Below, in pieces: positions 13,868 to 29,745 of a stretch of 64,000 nt of DNA (position 1 is the stretch's first letter; every line of letters starts with the position of its first letter). The stretch lies in assembly GCF_009914755.1 (NCBI RefSeq), contig NC_060947.1. One strand, 5' to 3'. The position numbers were made by a program, and so were the translations under genes. The notes beneath the pieces are model-generated. The model searched no databases, was not told the DNA's origin, and saw only the letters and a list, made by a program, of their open reading frames with translations. The stretch is from the human T2T-CHM13v2.0 reference genome, Homo sapiens.

Positions 13868-16440
13868 TAATTGACAGTTGGATTGTTTTAAATCTTTTCT
13901 ATTCCAAAGTATACTATAATATGTAACTTTGAGTTAAGCTTTTTCACATTTGTAGGAGTTTATCTGCATAAATTCCAGGGTAAGTTTCTAGAAGTGGTAT
14001 TTCTGGAGCAAAGTGCGTATAGCAATGAGGGCCCTTCCAGCAAAACATAAAAGGAGGTTGAAGGGCGGGCAGGCAGTGAATCCTGTAAGGTCCAGTCGAC
14101 TGTATCATGGACTTTGTTTTTGTTTTGTATCATGGACTTTGGATCTTAGTATATGTGCAATAAGAAAACGTTGATGAATTTTAAGTGGAAGAGAGAAATG
14201 ATGCCATTTAATTTTTCCAATTAGGTCACCTAGATTGAAGGCCAAGAGCAGAGGGCCCAGAACAAAGTGCTGAAGAACCCCAACATTTAAAAGTTGAAAA
14301 AAGAAAACAAGCCAGTGAAAAAGATAGACAATGACCTAAAATGGACATAACTTTCATTGAGATGTTTGGCTATGAGTCAAAAAAGAGAAATAGCCTTCCT
14401 ACTTCAATCTTCAATGATGGAGTCTATGTTCTGAAATAAAGTAGTTTTCCTGAGATTGTGTGAACTCCCAGAATTTGGAGAACATGCTCTCCATTGCAAA
14501 CTGTGTGGGTGGGCCCTGGCAAGAGTGAGAAGCCTGTGTGTTCTTTCATCATATGGTTTCCATGCCACAGGTGATCTACTACTGAGTAAACCCGAGGGCC
14601 AACCAACATCTAGAACCCCAGCTTAGCAAAACTCCAATTCCAAGAGTTCGAGGACTCACAGTCCTGATTTTTCTAAGTTCTAAAAGGAGTACTCCCCATG
14701 AAGGGCTGATAGCAGCCCCATGAAAATGATTTATTTGAGTCACCAAAAGAATGTTTAAATTCCTAAAATCTTGCCAATGTCTATATTCAATTCATGCAGG
14801 GCTTGCTTAATATTTAATTGAGGCCTAAGAAAATTGCATGGAGAAGGCTTTGCTGGGGTGGAAGTTGGGGCACTGCAGTAGGGGCAGAGTTCTTAATTTC
14901 TTTTACCATTGCATGGTTTTATTTTAGAAAATATGTTTTGTAACCCACTGACACATCTGTTGGCCACATGAAGGTCAAATCCAGATCAGTATGAATTAGA
15001 ATAATTTTGCATCTATCTCAGGAAATTAGGTAATTAAAGACAAATTTCAGGAGAAAATCCTCTCTGTCCTTAGTGATATATATTAGTAGGAGTGTCTGAT
15101 TAATGTGCCTCAGATCTGAGTCGGCCCCTTGTGTGTTTTCCGCTCTCCCCAGCATGATGCTTCCTGTGGGAAACACTGACAGTTCAAACCCCTCATGGTT
15201 CAAAATGATCTCACATGTGTTAAGGAAGCAATGCTTTGAATTTAACTGCTCTAGTGAAGACCACCCAGGCATGTGAGAGCTGGTGGGGGTCCAGCTTTTC
15301 AAATATGGGACTATAATTATTCAGAGGATATTTGCATTCTTTTTTCCCTTAGTTTTGTGAAGTTAACTTGATATGTGATCTGATGATTGTTACTTTGTGC
15401 CATCATGAGTGGCCACTGTCCAGGCATGGTTCAGGTGATGCCATCCTTGGTACATGCAGCCAGCATCTCCTTTTCCAATCACGTGTATGTGTGGGGAGGT
15501 AGACTGATTGAGTAAAACTCAAGTTACTTCTTGCTCGTATAGGCCCTTGAAACACAAAGGGTTGATTCCACTCATTTTCTCCAAATGGAGTTTGATGTTT
15601 CATCAGCGGGTGGAGGGGAACCTGGCAGGGGGATCTCCTCTTCTTCACCCAGGATTGATCTCCCAGGGAAGAACAGGGGAACTATCTGGGACATCCCCAG
15701 CTGAACCAAAACACTAGTTAACCTAGTAAATTGGGTTAACTCTCTAGCTGGTCACCCTGCTACAGGATTCACTACTAGCTCCTACATGCCTAGAGTGATG
15801 GAGCAGGTATGATTGTGATGAGCAGGTAGGATCATGGTAGGGGGTGAACCAGAGTTATTAATATTTCATGAGATATTAAAATAATAAGATGAAATATTGA
15901 TGAAATATGTTTGGAATCGCAGTGTTTCTTTTTTTATATACGGTTTCTCTCCACACATAAGGATGGTCAAGGATAAAATGTGTCCCTCGGGGGCTTTGGG
16001 GCCTGTGAAGCTGGGGTTAGAGTCAGCAATGTGATGAGTTCAGCTCTCTAAATGCTGTGGCGTCTCATTGGCTCCACCCTTTGGATTCACCCTTCATTTT
16101 GGTGTTACCTTCATTAAAGTCTCTCTTCTCCTATAGATCCAGTGGGGCAGAAAAGGCCAGGGCTTTCCATTCCCTGAAATCCATGGAGAAACCCAGGTGG
16201 GGGCCTGAGGTGGACGGCTTGGCCAGACACTGCCAGTCTCAGGGAAAGCCACTCTTTCTCTTGGAGAACTTCCACGTGGATCATTGCCATCTCTCACCAA
16301 GAGTAGAATGACAAACCGAAAGGGACACAATCGTTATGCTGCCAAGGGAAAAGAGACCAAGGAGGTGCCTTTTCATCATTCCTTAGGGCTGTCTGTGGAC
16401 AGAGCAAAAGATGTCCCTACAGCATACACATGACTTAACA

Positions 16441-16662
16441 CAGGGGTAGTCAAACTATGACCTGTAGCCAAATCCAGCCCATCAGCTGTGTTCATAATAA
16501 AGTTTTACTGAAACACAGTCATGGCCATTCATTTACATATTGTCTATGGCTGCTTTTGCCCCTACAATGGCAGAGTTGAATAGTTGCAACTGAGACTATT
16601 AGTCTGCAAAGCCTCCAATATTTACGAACTTGCCTTGTACATACGAACATTGCAGACCCCTG
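16441..16662 (+). mobile_element. MER58A
   Basis: CAGGGGTAGTCAAACT...TTGCAGACCCCTG termini and the aataaagttttactgaaacacagtcatg core. Confidence 0.9.
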
Positions 16663-17768
16663 TAGCCTAGCAAACCAGGAGACCATGAGGGAAGAGGGAG
16701 AGTTGGGAACAAAAGCAGAAGTCCGGAAGGCCGTTTTGCTATATCTCCTTGTCAAACTTGTGGCAGCATCAAGTATAGGATCCCCGTGACCCTTCTTTTT
16801 CTCTCTCCTCTTTCTGTCTCTGCCTTGGCCACGCTAACATACTTGATCACAGCTTCCCCTGGACACCGAGTGATTTCCTACCAATTAGCAGAGGACGGTG
16901 CAGGAGTGCCGTAGTCATACGATCTCCTGAAAACTGCTTGGTCCAGTGACTGGTGCCACGCTCTTCATGTCCTGACCCCAACTCTGAGCCCAAGTGAAGC
17001 ACCACTTCAGGACCATATGAATGGCTTATTTACTCAGAAGGCCTTTCAGACCGTGAAAAGAAAGTGGTGGAAACCTTTTTCCATCGAAACCTTCGTGGCA
17101 AGAGAAAGCGAGCCACTGGAAAGTTTTTAGATGATGTCCTATGGTAAATCACATTCCACAGAACTACCACCTACCAAGCCCCTGTTCTAGAGGCTGCAAA
17201 TGTGGGTAAAGAAGTATGAAATATGCTTGTATTATAAGCAAACCAGCTCCCATGAATCTTTATGTCCCACTCCAGGAGCCAAGGCCTGAAAGAGTGCCTT
17301 CCCAGGTCAATGGGACCGACTAACACTCTTAGTCATAACTGTAAACAAACAAACAAAAAACATCATTACATCCTGGCCACAAATACAATCACCGCCCTTC
17401 CACTTTCTCCATACCCAGGCAAATAGTAAATGAACAAAAACTCAGCCTACCACTTCAGAAAAGTTATTGGTCTATTTTCAGTGTCATTTACCTTATTATG
17501 GCATTATCTTTAGCTTCATCTGGGGGTAGAAAATGGTGACTCATTGTTACCATAACTGAATTTGAAATTCTTATTTAATATTGCAGAACTAATAATAGAC
17601 TGTGTGATAGTGAATCACAATTGTTAAACCAGTCCAATTCCTTCCCCATCTCTGCATCAGCTCCTGTTCTGTTGGGGCAGCCAGCAAACTTTGCTTTGTA
17701 AGTTCTTTGTTCTCTGTCTCTCAGCTATGACCAGAAACACCTTTAACCGTGTGATGGCATGCTATTTT

Positions 17769-17781
17769 AGGTCATTAACCT
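17769..17781. promoter_or_regulatory. Candidate nuclear-receptor IR1 (FXR/RXR-type) element
   Basis: AGGTCA-T-TAACCT, one substitution from AGGTCAnTGACCT. Confidence 0.35.
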
Positions 17782-18691
17782 CTGCTACTTTTTCTACTCT
17801 TTCGGCCCGCCCCACCCTTACTCCTGTCTGTGAAGTCAGCCGTGGTTGCCTCAGGAAGGGGATGATACAGGCAACTAGGCAGTCAAAGTTTTGAGTTCCA
17901 AAAGCCCAGGCTGGGCGTGATACAAAGACCTGGAAGAAAACATCGTCAAGCAGGTACAGTTGTGCCATGCTCAAGCCTAGAGAAGATTCTCTGGGATGTG
18001 TGGGAGAAAGAGAGATAAAAGGTAAATGAAAATCCTTCAGATGTCAGTGGGTCCCTGAGCAGGCCTGTGCCCTTGACAAGGCCAAGTCAGGGCAGAGAGG
18101 AGGAAATAATGGAAGACCAGCCTAGCTTTGAGGATCTGAATGCAAGGGGAACTTATGCTCTGTCCATGGCTAAAGCTCAAGTGGGCAGAAAGACCCTAGG
18201 GTTCCCTGTACCCAGCGTACTGTGGGAGCAAAAGGCACATCCGTTTTGCTGTGTCTGCAGGAAGTTTAAGAGAATCTCCAAGAGTCTCTCAGACCCCTGA
18301 GATGGCCAAGAGCAGCAGATGTTTCCCTGGTACCAGAAAGTGGTAGTCACTAGCACTGCAGGTAATGTGAAGCTGTTTCCAGAAGCTCTTTAGAAGCAAT
18401 AGAATCTGCCATTAAGATTGAAGATCACAAATACATACAGAATGAACGTAAAAACCATGGCTGAGAATTGAATACTCAGTGGTCCCCAGAGACAAGTGGC
18501 TGTATCTCAAAACAACTTAGATAAAAACAAAGATGGTGGAAGCCTGGAAGATGCCTGTAGATGGCTCCAGAAGTGCTTCCCAGAATAGTGAAGACATCAT
18601 TGTTGGAAGTTGAATGTGGAGAATCTGAATAAAATATCTTTCATAAAATGTGAGCAGGGGAAAAGTAATGTTATATATTGCATGTTACTTA

Positions 18692-18845
18692 ATAAGGGGT
18701 TCCCAACAGGAGGCAATTTCGCCCCACAGAGGACATTTGGCAATGTCTGGAGACATTTTTTGTTGTCAGAACTTTGGCAAGGGTGGGAAAGTGCTACTGG
18801 AATCTAGTGGGTAAAGGCCAGGGTGTTGCTAAATGAGCTTCTGCT
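18692..18845 (+). mobile_element. MER20 fragment
   Basis: ggcaatttcgccccacagaggacatttggcaatgtctggagacattttt...gtgctactggaatctagtgggtaaaggccagg. Confidence 0.85.
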
Positions 18846-19589
18846 CTAGTTTGTGTTCCTACACCCAATAACACTAAGCCTTGACAATGACCAGTTCACA
18901 GGGTCGTGCTGTCACTCGTGATTGAATGTACCTCGTGATGGATGTTGGAAAGTTTCTCAAAGCATGTCCTCAGGATCCCTAGTTGCATAAAACATCTCTA
19001 AAGAATGGCTTGCATGGTCTTAAGATTTGGGAAAATGCTATATTCCAAATTCTCCCTTGTAACTTGGCAATGGACAGTAGTATGTTCAAGTCTCTGAGAA
19101 GTCCTGCAAAATGTTGGACTTGGATTAATCTAAAACTTTCCAAATTTGTTTGAACACAGAGCCTTTAAAATTTTTTTCTGAAGGACAGAGGGCAAGGACA
19201 CTTCTAGTGTTGTCATGTTTGACTGTTTACATGTTTAAATACATTTTATTCTGAATTACTTTCATTTTATTCCCTTTTGTATTACTATTAGAGCATCATA
19301 CCAATTTTGGGGCAAAAGTACGTAAAGGTGGGTTGTATTGTCTGTGAATTTCATGTAAAACTAGGAAAACAGGCACTGTAAACTATTTGTTATAAAAAGA
19401 GTGTATGGATATTTGTCGTAAGAAAACGGTATAGGAAAACCTCTGTGTGTGTCTCGGCATAAAGGTAAAATGATCACCTAAGCTACGCTCTCCATCAGAG
19501 ATGAGTAGAGGAGGGATGTGAAATCCTGCTGAGATCACAGTATTGCATTACAGAGCTAAAAGCCACCCTGGGCTCCTCTAGTCCCACCT

Positions 19590-19690
19590 TTCGCTGTACA
19601 GACAAAGAAATTGAGATTCAGCAAGGTTCCATGACTTACCCAAGGGCCTCAAAGTTACCACAGAACACAAAGGGCCTTCTGGCATGGCCT
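19590..19690 (-). mobile_element. MIR fragment
   Basis: tacagacaaagaaattgagattcagcaaggttccatgacttacccaagg antisense MIR core. Confidence 0.65.
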
Positions 19691-20819
19691 GGTCATACTG
19701 CATTTCTTGAGTGGGTGAACAGAAAGTTCCAGAAGCAAATATTGTACCATTGTTTTCATAGAATTTACTGTCTTGGTTCGTGTTCACAAATCCCTGATGA
19801 GCAATAGAGGGATGATATGTTAAACATGTTTCCCTGCAAACTCTCCATTCCCTCGAACTGTATTTACTCTACCCTAAAGCAGAAAGTTTAATTGTCCCCC
19901 TGGATGTGCTGTGTGATGATATTTTGGAAAGAGAATTGACCAAGGAGCCAGAAAATATCTTACAAAAAAAATCACTCTTACTCTTAAGAATAACACCTTC
20001 TACATTTCCTTAACCATAAAAAGTATTACTCACTTCATTGTCCAGACTTCGCTTAAATGAAATGTGACTCTTTCAAACAATCACATCAACCCTGAAAGGA
20101 TCAAGGTTTGTCATGACTAAGTATTTTCTAAAGTGAAAAGTTAAGAGGGTCAGAGGCCTGGCTTTTGCCCTGGCTAGTTATGTGTACTTGAGATTGTCAC
20201 TTCTCTTTTCTGTTTTCTCCATCATAAAATAGGTATAACAATGTATTTTCAGTTTTTCTCAGAGTTGTTTTGAAGGTAAAATAATACCAGGTATATGAAA
20301 GCTCTTTTAAGCCTTTATAAAGCCTCACAAGTACAAGAGATTGTGGTTATGCCATGCACAAAATAGCTTTTCCAACCTGAAATGAATATGAATATTTCGG
20401 GAGATGTCTGTGTTGGGTCTCAGACTAATTTAGATTCCTAAATTTGATAACTGTCAGGTGGTTTCAGAGTGACTTGCTGATTATTACAAAGTAGTCTGGC
20501 TTTCTCCCTCTGGGTGAAGCCAGCAGAGAGGCCAGATATTTCTGGAACTTATATCCAGATGTTTCCAACATGCTTTCCAATTTACACTCAACTGCAATGG
20601 TATTTCTCCATTTCCCCAAAGAATCAGGAAATAGAAATGTTTCAGCACACAGAATTGAATATTCCCAGTCACGGCAAATATGTACCTTGACTTGGAGAGA
20701 TTTCTGGTTGCCTGGAACATTGTCAGACAGACAGGGACTGGTAGCCCTTGGGCTTTTTTTTCTCTCATTTTTATTTCTTTCTTTGTTGTTTATCTTGTCA
20801 AAGACCTCCAGCCCAGGAC

Positions 20820-21515
20820 TGCCAGGAACATACCTATAGTTGAACACATTGGGATTATTGCTTTTTGCAATGAGGGAGACTGCACACCATGGGGGAACCA
20901 TTGGACATCTCATTAAGAGATTTTTAGAAAAAACTTATTTTGGGGTGTGGGCTTATGTTAGGTGATTTAGGGGAGGGTTTAAGGAAGCAAGGTTTTGCTT
21001 TAGAGTGGTTGCTGTTAAGAAGTGGAGGTAATTCTATTACTGGCCATATTTGGTCATTTTTGTGACCTCACAATGCTCCGTCTTCTGTAGTCACACATGA
21101 TTACAGGCCAGTCTTTATTTTTATCTTTATCCATCATGGTCACAGAGTGGCCTTGTCTGATGTTGTTGGTTTATAAAATATTTATGTTCAATAGGAGGGC
21201 ACCAAGACCCAACCATAAGTACCAAGCCAGCTTCTAGCAACATCAAAGTCTAGCTCAAGTTTGTCCAACCCACAGCCTGTGGGCCATATACAGCCCAGGA
21301 TGGCTTTGAATGTGGCCCAACACAAATTTGTAAACTTTATTATAACATCATGAGATTATTTTGCAATTTTCTTTTTAGCTCATCAGCTATTATTCATGTT
21401 AGTGTATTTTATGTGTGGCCCAAGACAATTCTTCTTCTTCCAATGTGGCCCAGGGAAGCCAAAAGATTGGACACCCCTGGTCTAGCTGATAGTGCCAGGC
21501 TGCCAGGGGCTATTC
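20820..21515. mobile_element. Probable ERV LTR (family uncertain), interrupted by MER30
   Basis: LTR-like composition and sequence continuity across the MER30 TSD. Family not confidently recognised. Confidence 0.4.
21256..21479 (+). mobile_element. MER30 hAT-Charlie MITE
   Basis: cccaggatggctttgaatgtggcccaacacaaatttgtaaac...aaagattggacacccctg with perfect 8-bp TSD GTCTAGCT (21248-21255 and 21480-21487). Confidence 0.93.
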
Positions 21516-21817
21516 TCTTTCTCAATCTTTGCCATGAAATAAAATCCAGATATAAATATCTACGCACAACAAAGACGTAGCTTAATGAATTTTTATAAGA
21601 TAAACAGCCTTGTAACCATCATTCAGGTCAAGAAATAGAGCTTTGGCAGTCATCCCAAAAGCCCTTCAGTTGTCCTAGTTCAGTCACAGCCCAAAAGTAG
21701 CCACCATCACTGACTTCTAGTCATCACTTCCTTGTGTTTCTTTATCTTTGTAACAGACGGTGTCTCTCTCTAGACACTGGAGTTTTGTCTGGCTCATTTT
21801 TTAAAACTTGATATGAT

Positions 21818-22124
21818 GGCCGGGTGTGGTGGCTCACGCCTGTAATCCCAGCAATTTGGGAGGCCGAGGCGGGTGGATCATGAGGTCAGGAGATCGAGAC
21901 CATCCTGGCTTACACGGTGAAACCCCGTCTCTACTAAATATACAAAAAATTAGCCGGGCGTAGTGGCGGGCGCCTGTATTCCCAGCTACTCGGGAGGCCG
22001 AGGCAGGAGAATGGCGTGAACCCCAGGGGGCGGATATTGCAGTGAGCCGAGATCACGCTACTGCACTCCAGCCTGGGCGACAGAGTGAGACTCCGTCTCA
22101 AAAAAAAAAAAAAAGAAAGAAAAA
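21818..22124 (+). mobile_element. AluY
   Basis: gagatcgagaccatcctggct and gaatggcgtgaacc diagnostics, many CpGs, poly(A). Sits within an old L1M-like fragment. Confidence 0.96.
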
Positions 22125-23059
22125 GAATTACATATGTTTTCCTCCATCTTTCTTTTCTTATAATTTACCTATTGAAAAACCAAAGCCAGTCAATCTATAA
22201 GATTTGTAAGTGTCTGGATTTTGCTATTTCATATTCATGGGCAGTTCAACCCTGACCTTTGTCTTCTATTTCCTTCCACTGACATCTGGATTCAGAGGTC
22301 TAAATGGACTCAAGTTCAATTACTTTGGCAAGTCTGTAGGTGGTGTTGTATTCTTTCCTCAAGAGGCATATTAAGTATCCTTTGTCCCTTGAGCTATTTT
22401 TATAAGAAAAATGTATGCTTTCTGTTTTCAGGTGTGAAATGCTGATTTAGACAGAACATCCCCAACCCCTGAGGAGACCAGCTGTGATTAGGTAATCCTG
22501 CCCAGAGGAAACTCAGAAAACATTGTTGAGGAAGGCTTATTGGAGCACAGAGTATAAGGGATGTCATCTTGCAGTTGTGCTAAACGTCTCCTTTCCCTTA
22601 CATTACTGTGAAAATGTCCCTTTTAGTTTTATATGTGGTGTGGAAATGCCTGTCCTCTAGAAAAACTTAAAATAGAGCATGGTGACATCTGGCATAGATC
22701 ATACTTCTTTGTGATATGATGAAAAATGCATGGTCTATTACATATGCACTGAAACTATTATTACTGGAATATAGGACTCTGTGCTTGCATCCCACAATGC
22801 ACAAGGTACCTAATAGTCACTTCTTCACTGATTCCATGAAATAAGTAGGAAAAACATAGTTCATAATAACGAAGGGATGCTGTCGACCATTAACGGTGGT
22901 GTCAATCTCTCCATAGTCAATAGAGCTTCGTGTCATCTAATCCAAAAGTTAAAGAGGTCAACTAACAGAGATCATTAATGTTTTACTCATGTGAACAAAT
23001 ACCATGACTCTTGACCAATCTTCAGTGTCATACTTCCTTTTTCAGTCAAAGTTTCATCA

Positions 23060-23577
23060 GGAAGACAGGATCTATACCAGTTATTTTAATAGAGTGAATT
23101 TAATATAAGGAATTGGTTAATGGTGTTGGAGAACTGACAAGTAAAGAGAATCCTGAGTTGTCTCAGAGATTGTAACTGCAGGAAGCAGCCACTACCCCTA
23201 GGGCTTGGTGGGAACAGGGAGAAGAGGTTTCTGAACCTAGAAGATTGGAGGAGGGTCCCTATGAGGCTGTCACCCATGGCTCTGAGTGGGGAAACTTTCT
23301 GGTGGTCCTGATGGTTGAGTGGGTGGGATAAGGATGGTTCCAATGATGTAGGAGGAAAAACAAGAATTGGAACCACCTGCTAGGGAGAACCATTCATGAG
23401 AAGACACTAATAGGAATGTTAATAAACAAGAAGGAACACATTCTTCTCTCTCCTCCAGTCTTGCTGCATCCCTCTATTATCCCTTCATGGCAGAGTCTGA
23501 CAGGGAGCAACCGGCAAAGCAGAAATGCAGCAGAGTGATTTGGGGGCTGAGAGACAAGAGCTTAATAACTGGCACAC
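23060..23577. mobile_element. Ancient LTR (LTR78-like)
   Basis: tttaatataaggaattggttaa...gtaactgcaggaagcagccactacccctagggct...aataactggcaca resembles this family. Confidence 0.45.
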
Positions 23578-24274
23578 TTCCTTTTTTCTTCTGAACAGAT
23601 TACTGTGATTACCCTTGTTTTCAAAGAAAGTATCAGTTTAATCTTTTGAAGCTTGTTGGTAAATACAAAGTCATTACTAAACAAGGGAGTGGGTATTGAT
23701 GGGTGTCTTGAGTATGCTCAGCTCTAAAAGCAGTTCATAATTTTGAGAGTCAAGGAACCACAGCATGGGGTTTCAAGTCTCTGGCTAGTGGGCATTCTCC
23801 TCTTCCTTTGCAATAAAGTTCTCATAAATGCCAATGTCTTGGTTTAAATTGTTGAGCCTGTGGTCTGTTTTCCATACCACTATGAATTACTTCCCAAGAC
23901 ATTTTGCGTCCAGCCTTAGGTTTCTAATGGCTAGGAGCACAGGACATGTGGTTATTGCAGTTTTGAACTTTCTCCAAAGAGATCAGTCCTAGAGTCCTGC
24001 CCTTCTCTTTCTGTGTCATTATCACCAAAAGGCAGAAATGAAGGCTTTACACTATGAGCTTGGGCCCAAAATGGGCAGGATCTTTCTGAATGTGGGGTGA
24101 TCAAGGAATCCTGGAAACTTTGGGGGGTTGTGCATGATCTAAGAGTTCCCTGTTATTGAGCAGAGCATCTGAATAAATTCTTTTGGGAAAAGGTAGCAAG
24201 TTCAGATACACATGGTACTCTCATTCAACATGTTGTGCCTAGGACAAAGGAGATACTCAATGACAGATTATCAT

Positions 24275-24550
24275 TAATTTATTGACTACTTTAGGAAATG
24301 TTTATTGGATACCTATTGTGTGCCAAGCATTGTTTTAAACCCTGCTTATACAGCAATAACAAAGCAGATGATATCTTGCCCTCATGAGACTTGTATTCTA
24401 GTGGAGGAAACATACGATAAACAAATAACAGTGTAATGTGATATCAGGACATGGTAGGTGCTATGCAGAAAAACAAAGCAAAGAAAGGGGTAGCAAGTGA
24501 CAACCAGGGATTATTTTAGAGAGAGGCCATCTGAGAAGACACCTGATGAA
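24275..24550 (-). mobile_element. LINE-2 3' end
   Basis: tttattggatacctattgtgtgccaagcattgtt...cttgccctcatgagacttgtattctagtgg antisense L2 tail. Confidence 0.8.
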
Positions 24551-24558
24551 GATGGTGG

Positions 24559-25028
24559 TGTTTGGAGAAAATTCTCCATAGGTCTTTGCATTTCTTCCCA
24601 TCTTTTGAGCAAACACATGGCAACATTTGTTCCAGATTATTTTTCCAATGATGTTTGTATAGCAGCCAGCCTTGGAAGATAGAGATGGTGTCTCTCTCTG
24701 AGGCAGAAGGCAGATTCATTTCCTGATCAGGATAATAAAGATAATGTCTGCCTCCAGGGCAAAGATTGGGCAGGTTTACATGCAATCAGGGGTTTTCTAA
24801 GCCCAGGGTTCCTGGGCTTTGACACAGAGCCACTACATACACAACATCCACCTTTGCATCACCCTATGGGACTCAGGGGCAAGAGATACTGATGTGAACA
24901 GAAGGCTCATAAGTCCTTTGTATCTGACCCAGGAGTCTCTACATTCTGCCCATCTGTAGGGAACTATGGTCGGCCAACCTGTTAGCTTGTAAATAGGGTA
25001 ACAACTCAAACCCTTCACAGTTTTGACA
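24559..25028 (+). mobile_element. Solo LTR, MER67-like (ERV1)
   Basis: TG...CA ends, gaaaattctccataggtc, cagccttggaagatagagat, taagtcctttgtatctgacccaggagtctc. Confidence 0.7.
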
Positions 25029-25218
25029 ATTGGCTTAACCTCGAAGACATTGAAGGAGGTCTTTGGTTATCAGGAGTACCAACAAAACCACATTACAGCA
25101 AGTGCTCAAGATCAAAATTCTCATTTTGATGAGATTAAAATCAAGAATGTTTTGAAACCTAGGACAACTAAGTAACAGAAAAATTCTTGTAGCTATTGCT
25201 AAACATTTCAGGCCACTA

Positions 25219-25519
<301 letters not shown>

Positions 25520-26023
25520 GCTTTAAGCATCATCAAACATTTGCTGGATTAAGTTAAGAGGTTCCACAAAAGGCTTAAAACTGCTTATCTAACATTTTTA
25601 TTTGCTATAAAATGGGTTCTGGCATATATTCATGTACCATTGGGTGAGCCATTCTTAAGTGTTTTTCAAATCTCTTATTTTTGTGCTGTACAATTACGCA
25701 GAAGCATAGGAAAAACGTTTGGCAGCCAAGCCCCTTGACAGACCACATCAGGGCAAAGAAGAACAAAATCTCTTCTAGAGATCATATTTAATATCTAAGC
25801 AACAGTGACACACAGTTTTTCACAGCAGTTCAGGAGCAACATGGTGGAGTTTGGCCCTCAAAATTTCCCCAAGTCTTTCCAAATTTATAGCTAGTTTGGC
25901 TGTATGAAGTGACAAATCTCCAAAAGGGAATAGAATTCAGGCTACAATGTATATCAGGCACCTGATGACTCTTTCTGTGAACAATGTGTTATCTTTCCAG
26001 GAATGCTTATTATTCTCCAATAG

Positions 26024-28332
<2,309 letters not shown>

Positions 28333-28501
28333 TCAAAATCCAGCTCCACCTGGAGAAGGGCTGGAGTAAGTGGGCAATTATCTGGTCAACTCTCAATTCA
28401 ACTCAAAGAGAACCAAATCAGCCTGTAACTGCTAGAATGAATTTTATTTTCTTTTCCTCATCTTATTGGTCCAAGCTGATGATGATAATTATGATGCCAG
28501 G

Positions 28502-28868
28502 TGTCTTAGTACATTTAGGGCTACTGTAACAGAATGCCTGAGACTGGATAATTTATAAGGAATGAAAATGTATTTCTCACAGTTTGGGAGGCTGGGGAGT
28601 CCAAGATCAAGGATCCAGCATCTGGTGTGTCTTTACATAGAAGAAGGCAGAAAGGCAAGAGAAATAATGAATGCTATGCCCTCACATGGCAAAAAAGTAG
28701 AAGAGAAAAAACTTATTCCTGCAAGTCCATTTTATTGTGGCATCAATCCATTAATGTGAGGCCCTCATAACCTAAACACTTCCCATTAGGTCCCACCATT
28801 CAACACTGTTGCATTGGGGATTAAATTTCTGACACATGAATTTTGGAGGACACATTCAGTCCATAGCA
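28502..28868 (-). mobile_element. MaLR LTR (MST/MLT1A-like)
   Basis: tgtcttagtacatttagggctactgtaacagaatgcctgagactggataatttataa...cacattcagtccatagca. Confidence 0.85.
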
Positions 28869-29105
28869 TTAGGGTACTAGAAATCCACTGTATACTACAT
28901 TAACTGGCATGAAATACATGTCTCCAGTCCTCACTGTTCCCCCTAAAATCCCAAATCATCCTGCATTCACTGTTTACATATTAAAGAGGGTAATCAAAAG
29001 ACAAAAGTTACATAGCTAAAAGACTGGAGTGAGCAGCAACAATGTTATTGAGCCCCGAAAGAAAGTCACCATTATGTTACTGATGGGGGAATATGGCAAT
29101 CTCAA

Positions 29106-29408
<303 letters not shown>

Positions 29409-29416
29409 TAATGTGG

Positions 29417-29745
29417 ATTTTTAACAGCTTTATTAAGGTATAATTTCATACCATGAAATTTTTGCATTTTAAATGTACAATGCAGTAATTTTTAATAAAT
29501 TTACTGAGTTTTGCCACCATCCCCACAATCCAGTTTAAGAACACTTCTATCACCCCAAAAAGATCCACAGTACCCATCTGTAGTCAACCCCCATTCCCAC
29601 CTTCAGCTCCAGGCAACCACTGATCTAATTTCTATCTCTGTAGATTTGCCTTTTCTAGACAGTTCACATAAATGGACGCATACAATATGTGGTGTTTGTA
29701 TCTGGCTTCTTTCATTGAGCATGTTTTCAAGATTCATCCATAGCA
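29417..29745 (-). mobile_element. L1MB-like 3' end
   Basis: ttttaacagctttattaaggtataatt...ggcaaccactgatctaatttctatctctgtagatttgccttttctagac. Confidence 0.85.

Noticed and set aside
16790-16852. Pyrimidine tract, GCTAAC and CAG resembling a splice acceptor
   Set aside because: The tract lies upstream of the branch-like motif (wrong order), and no convincing donor follows.
18950-19440. Possible hAT-Charlie relics
   Set aside because: Similarity too faint to name a family or set boundaries by eye.
20464-20913. 149-aa minus-strand ORF with overlapping ORFs
   Set aside because: Begins in LTR-like sequence, with no recognisable domain or splice structure.
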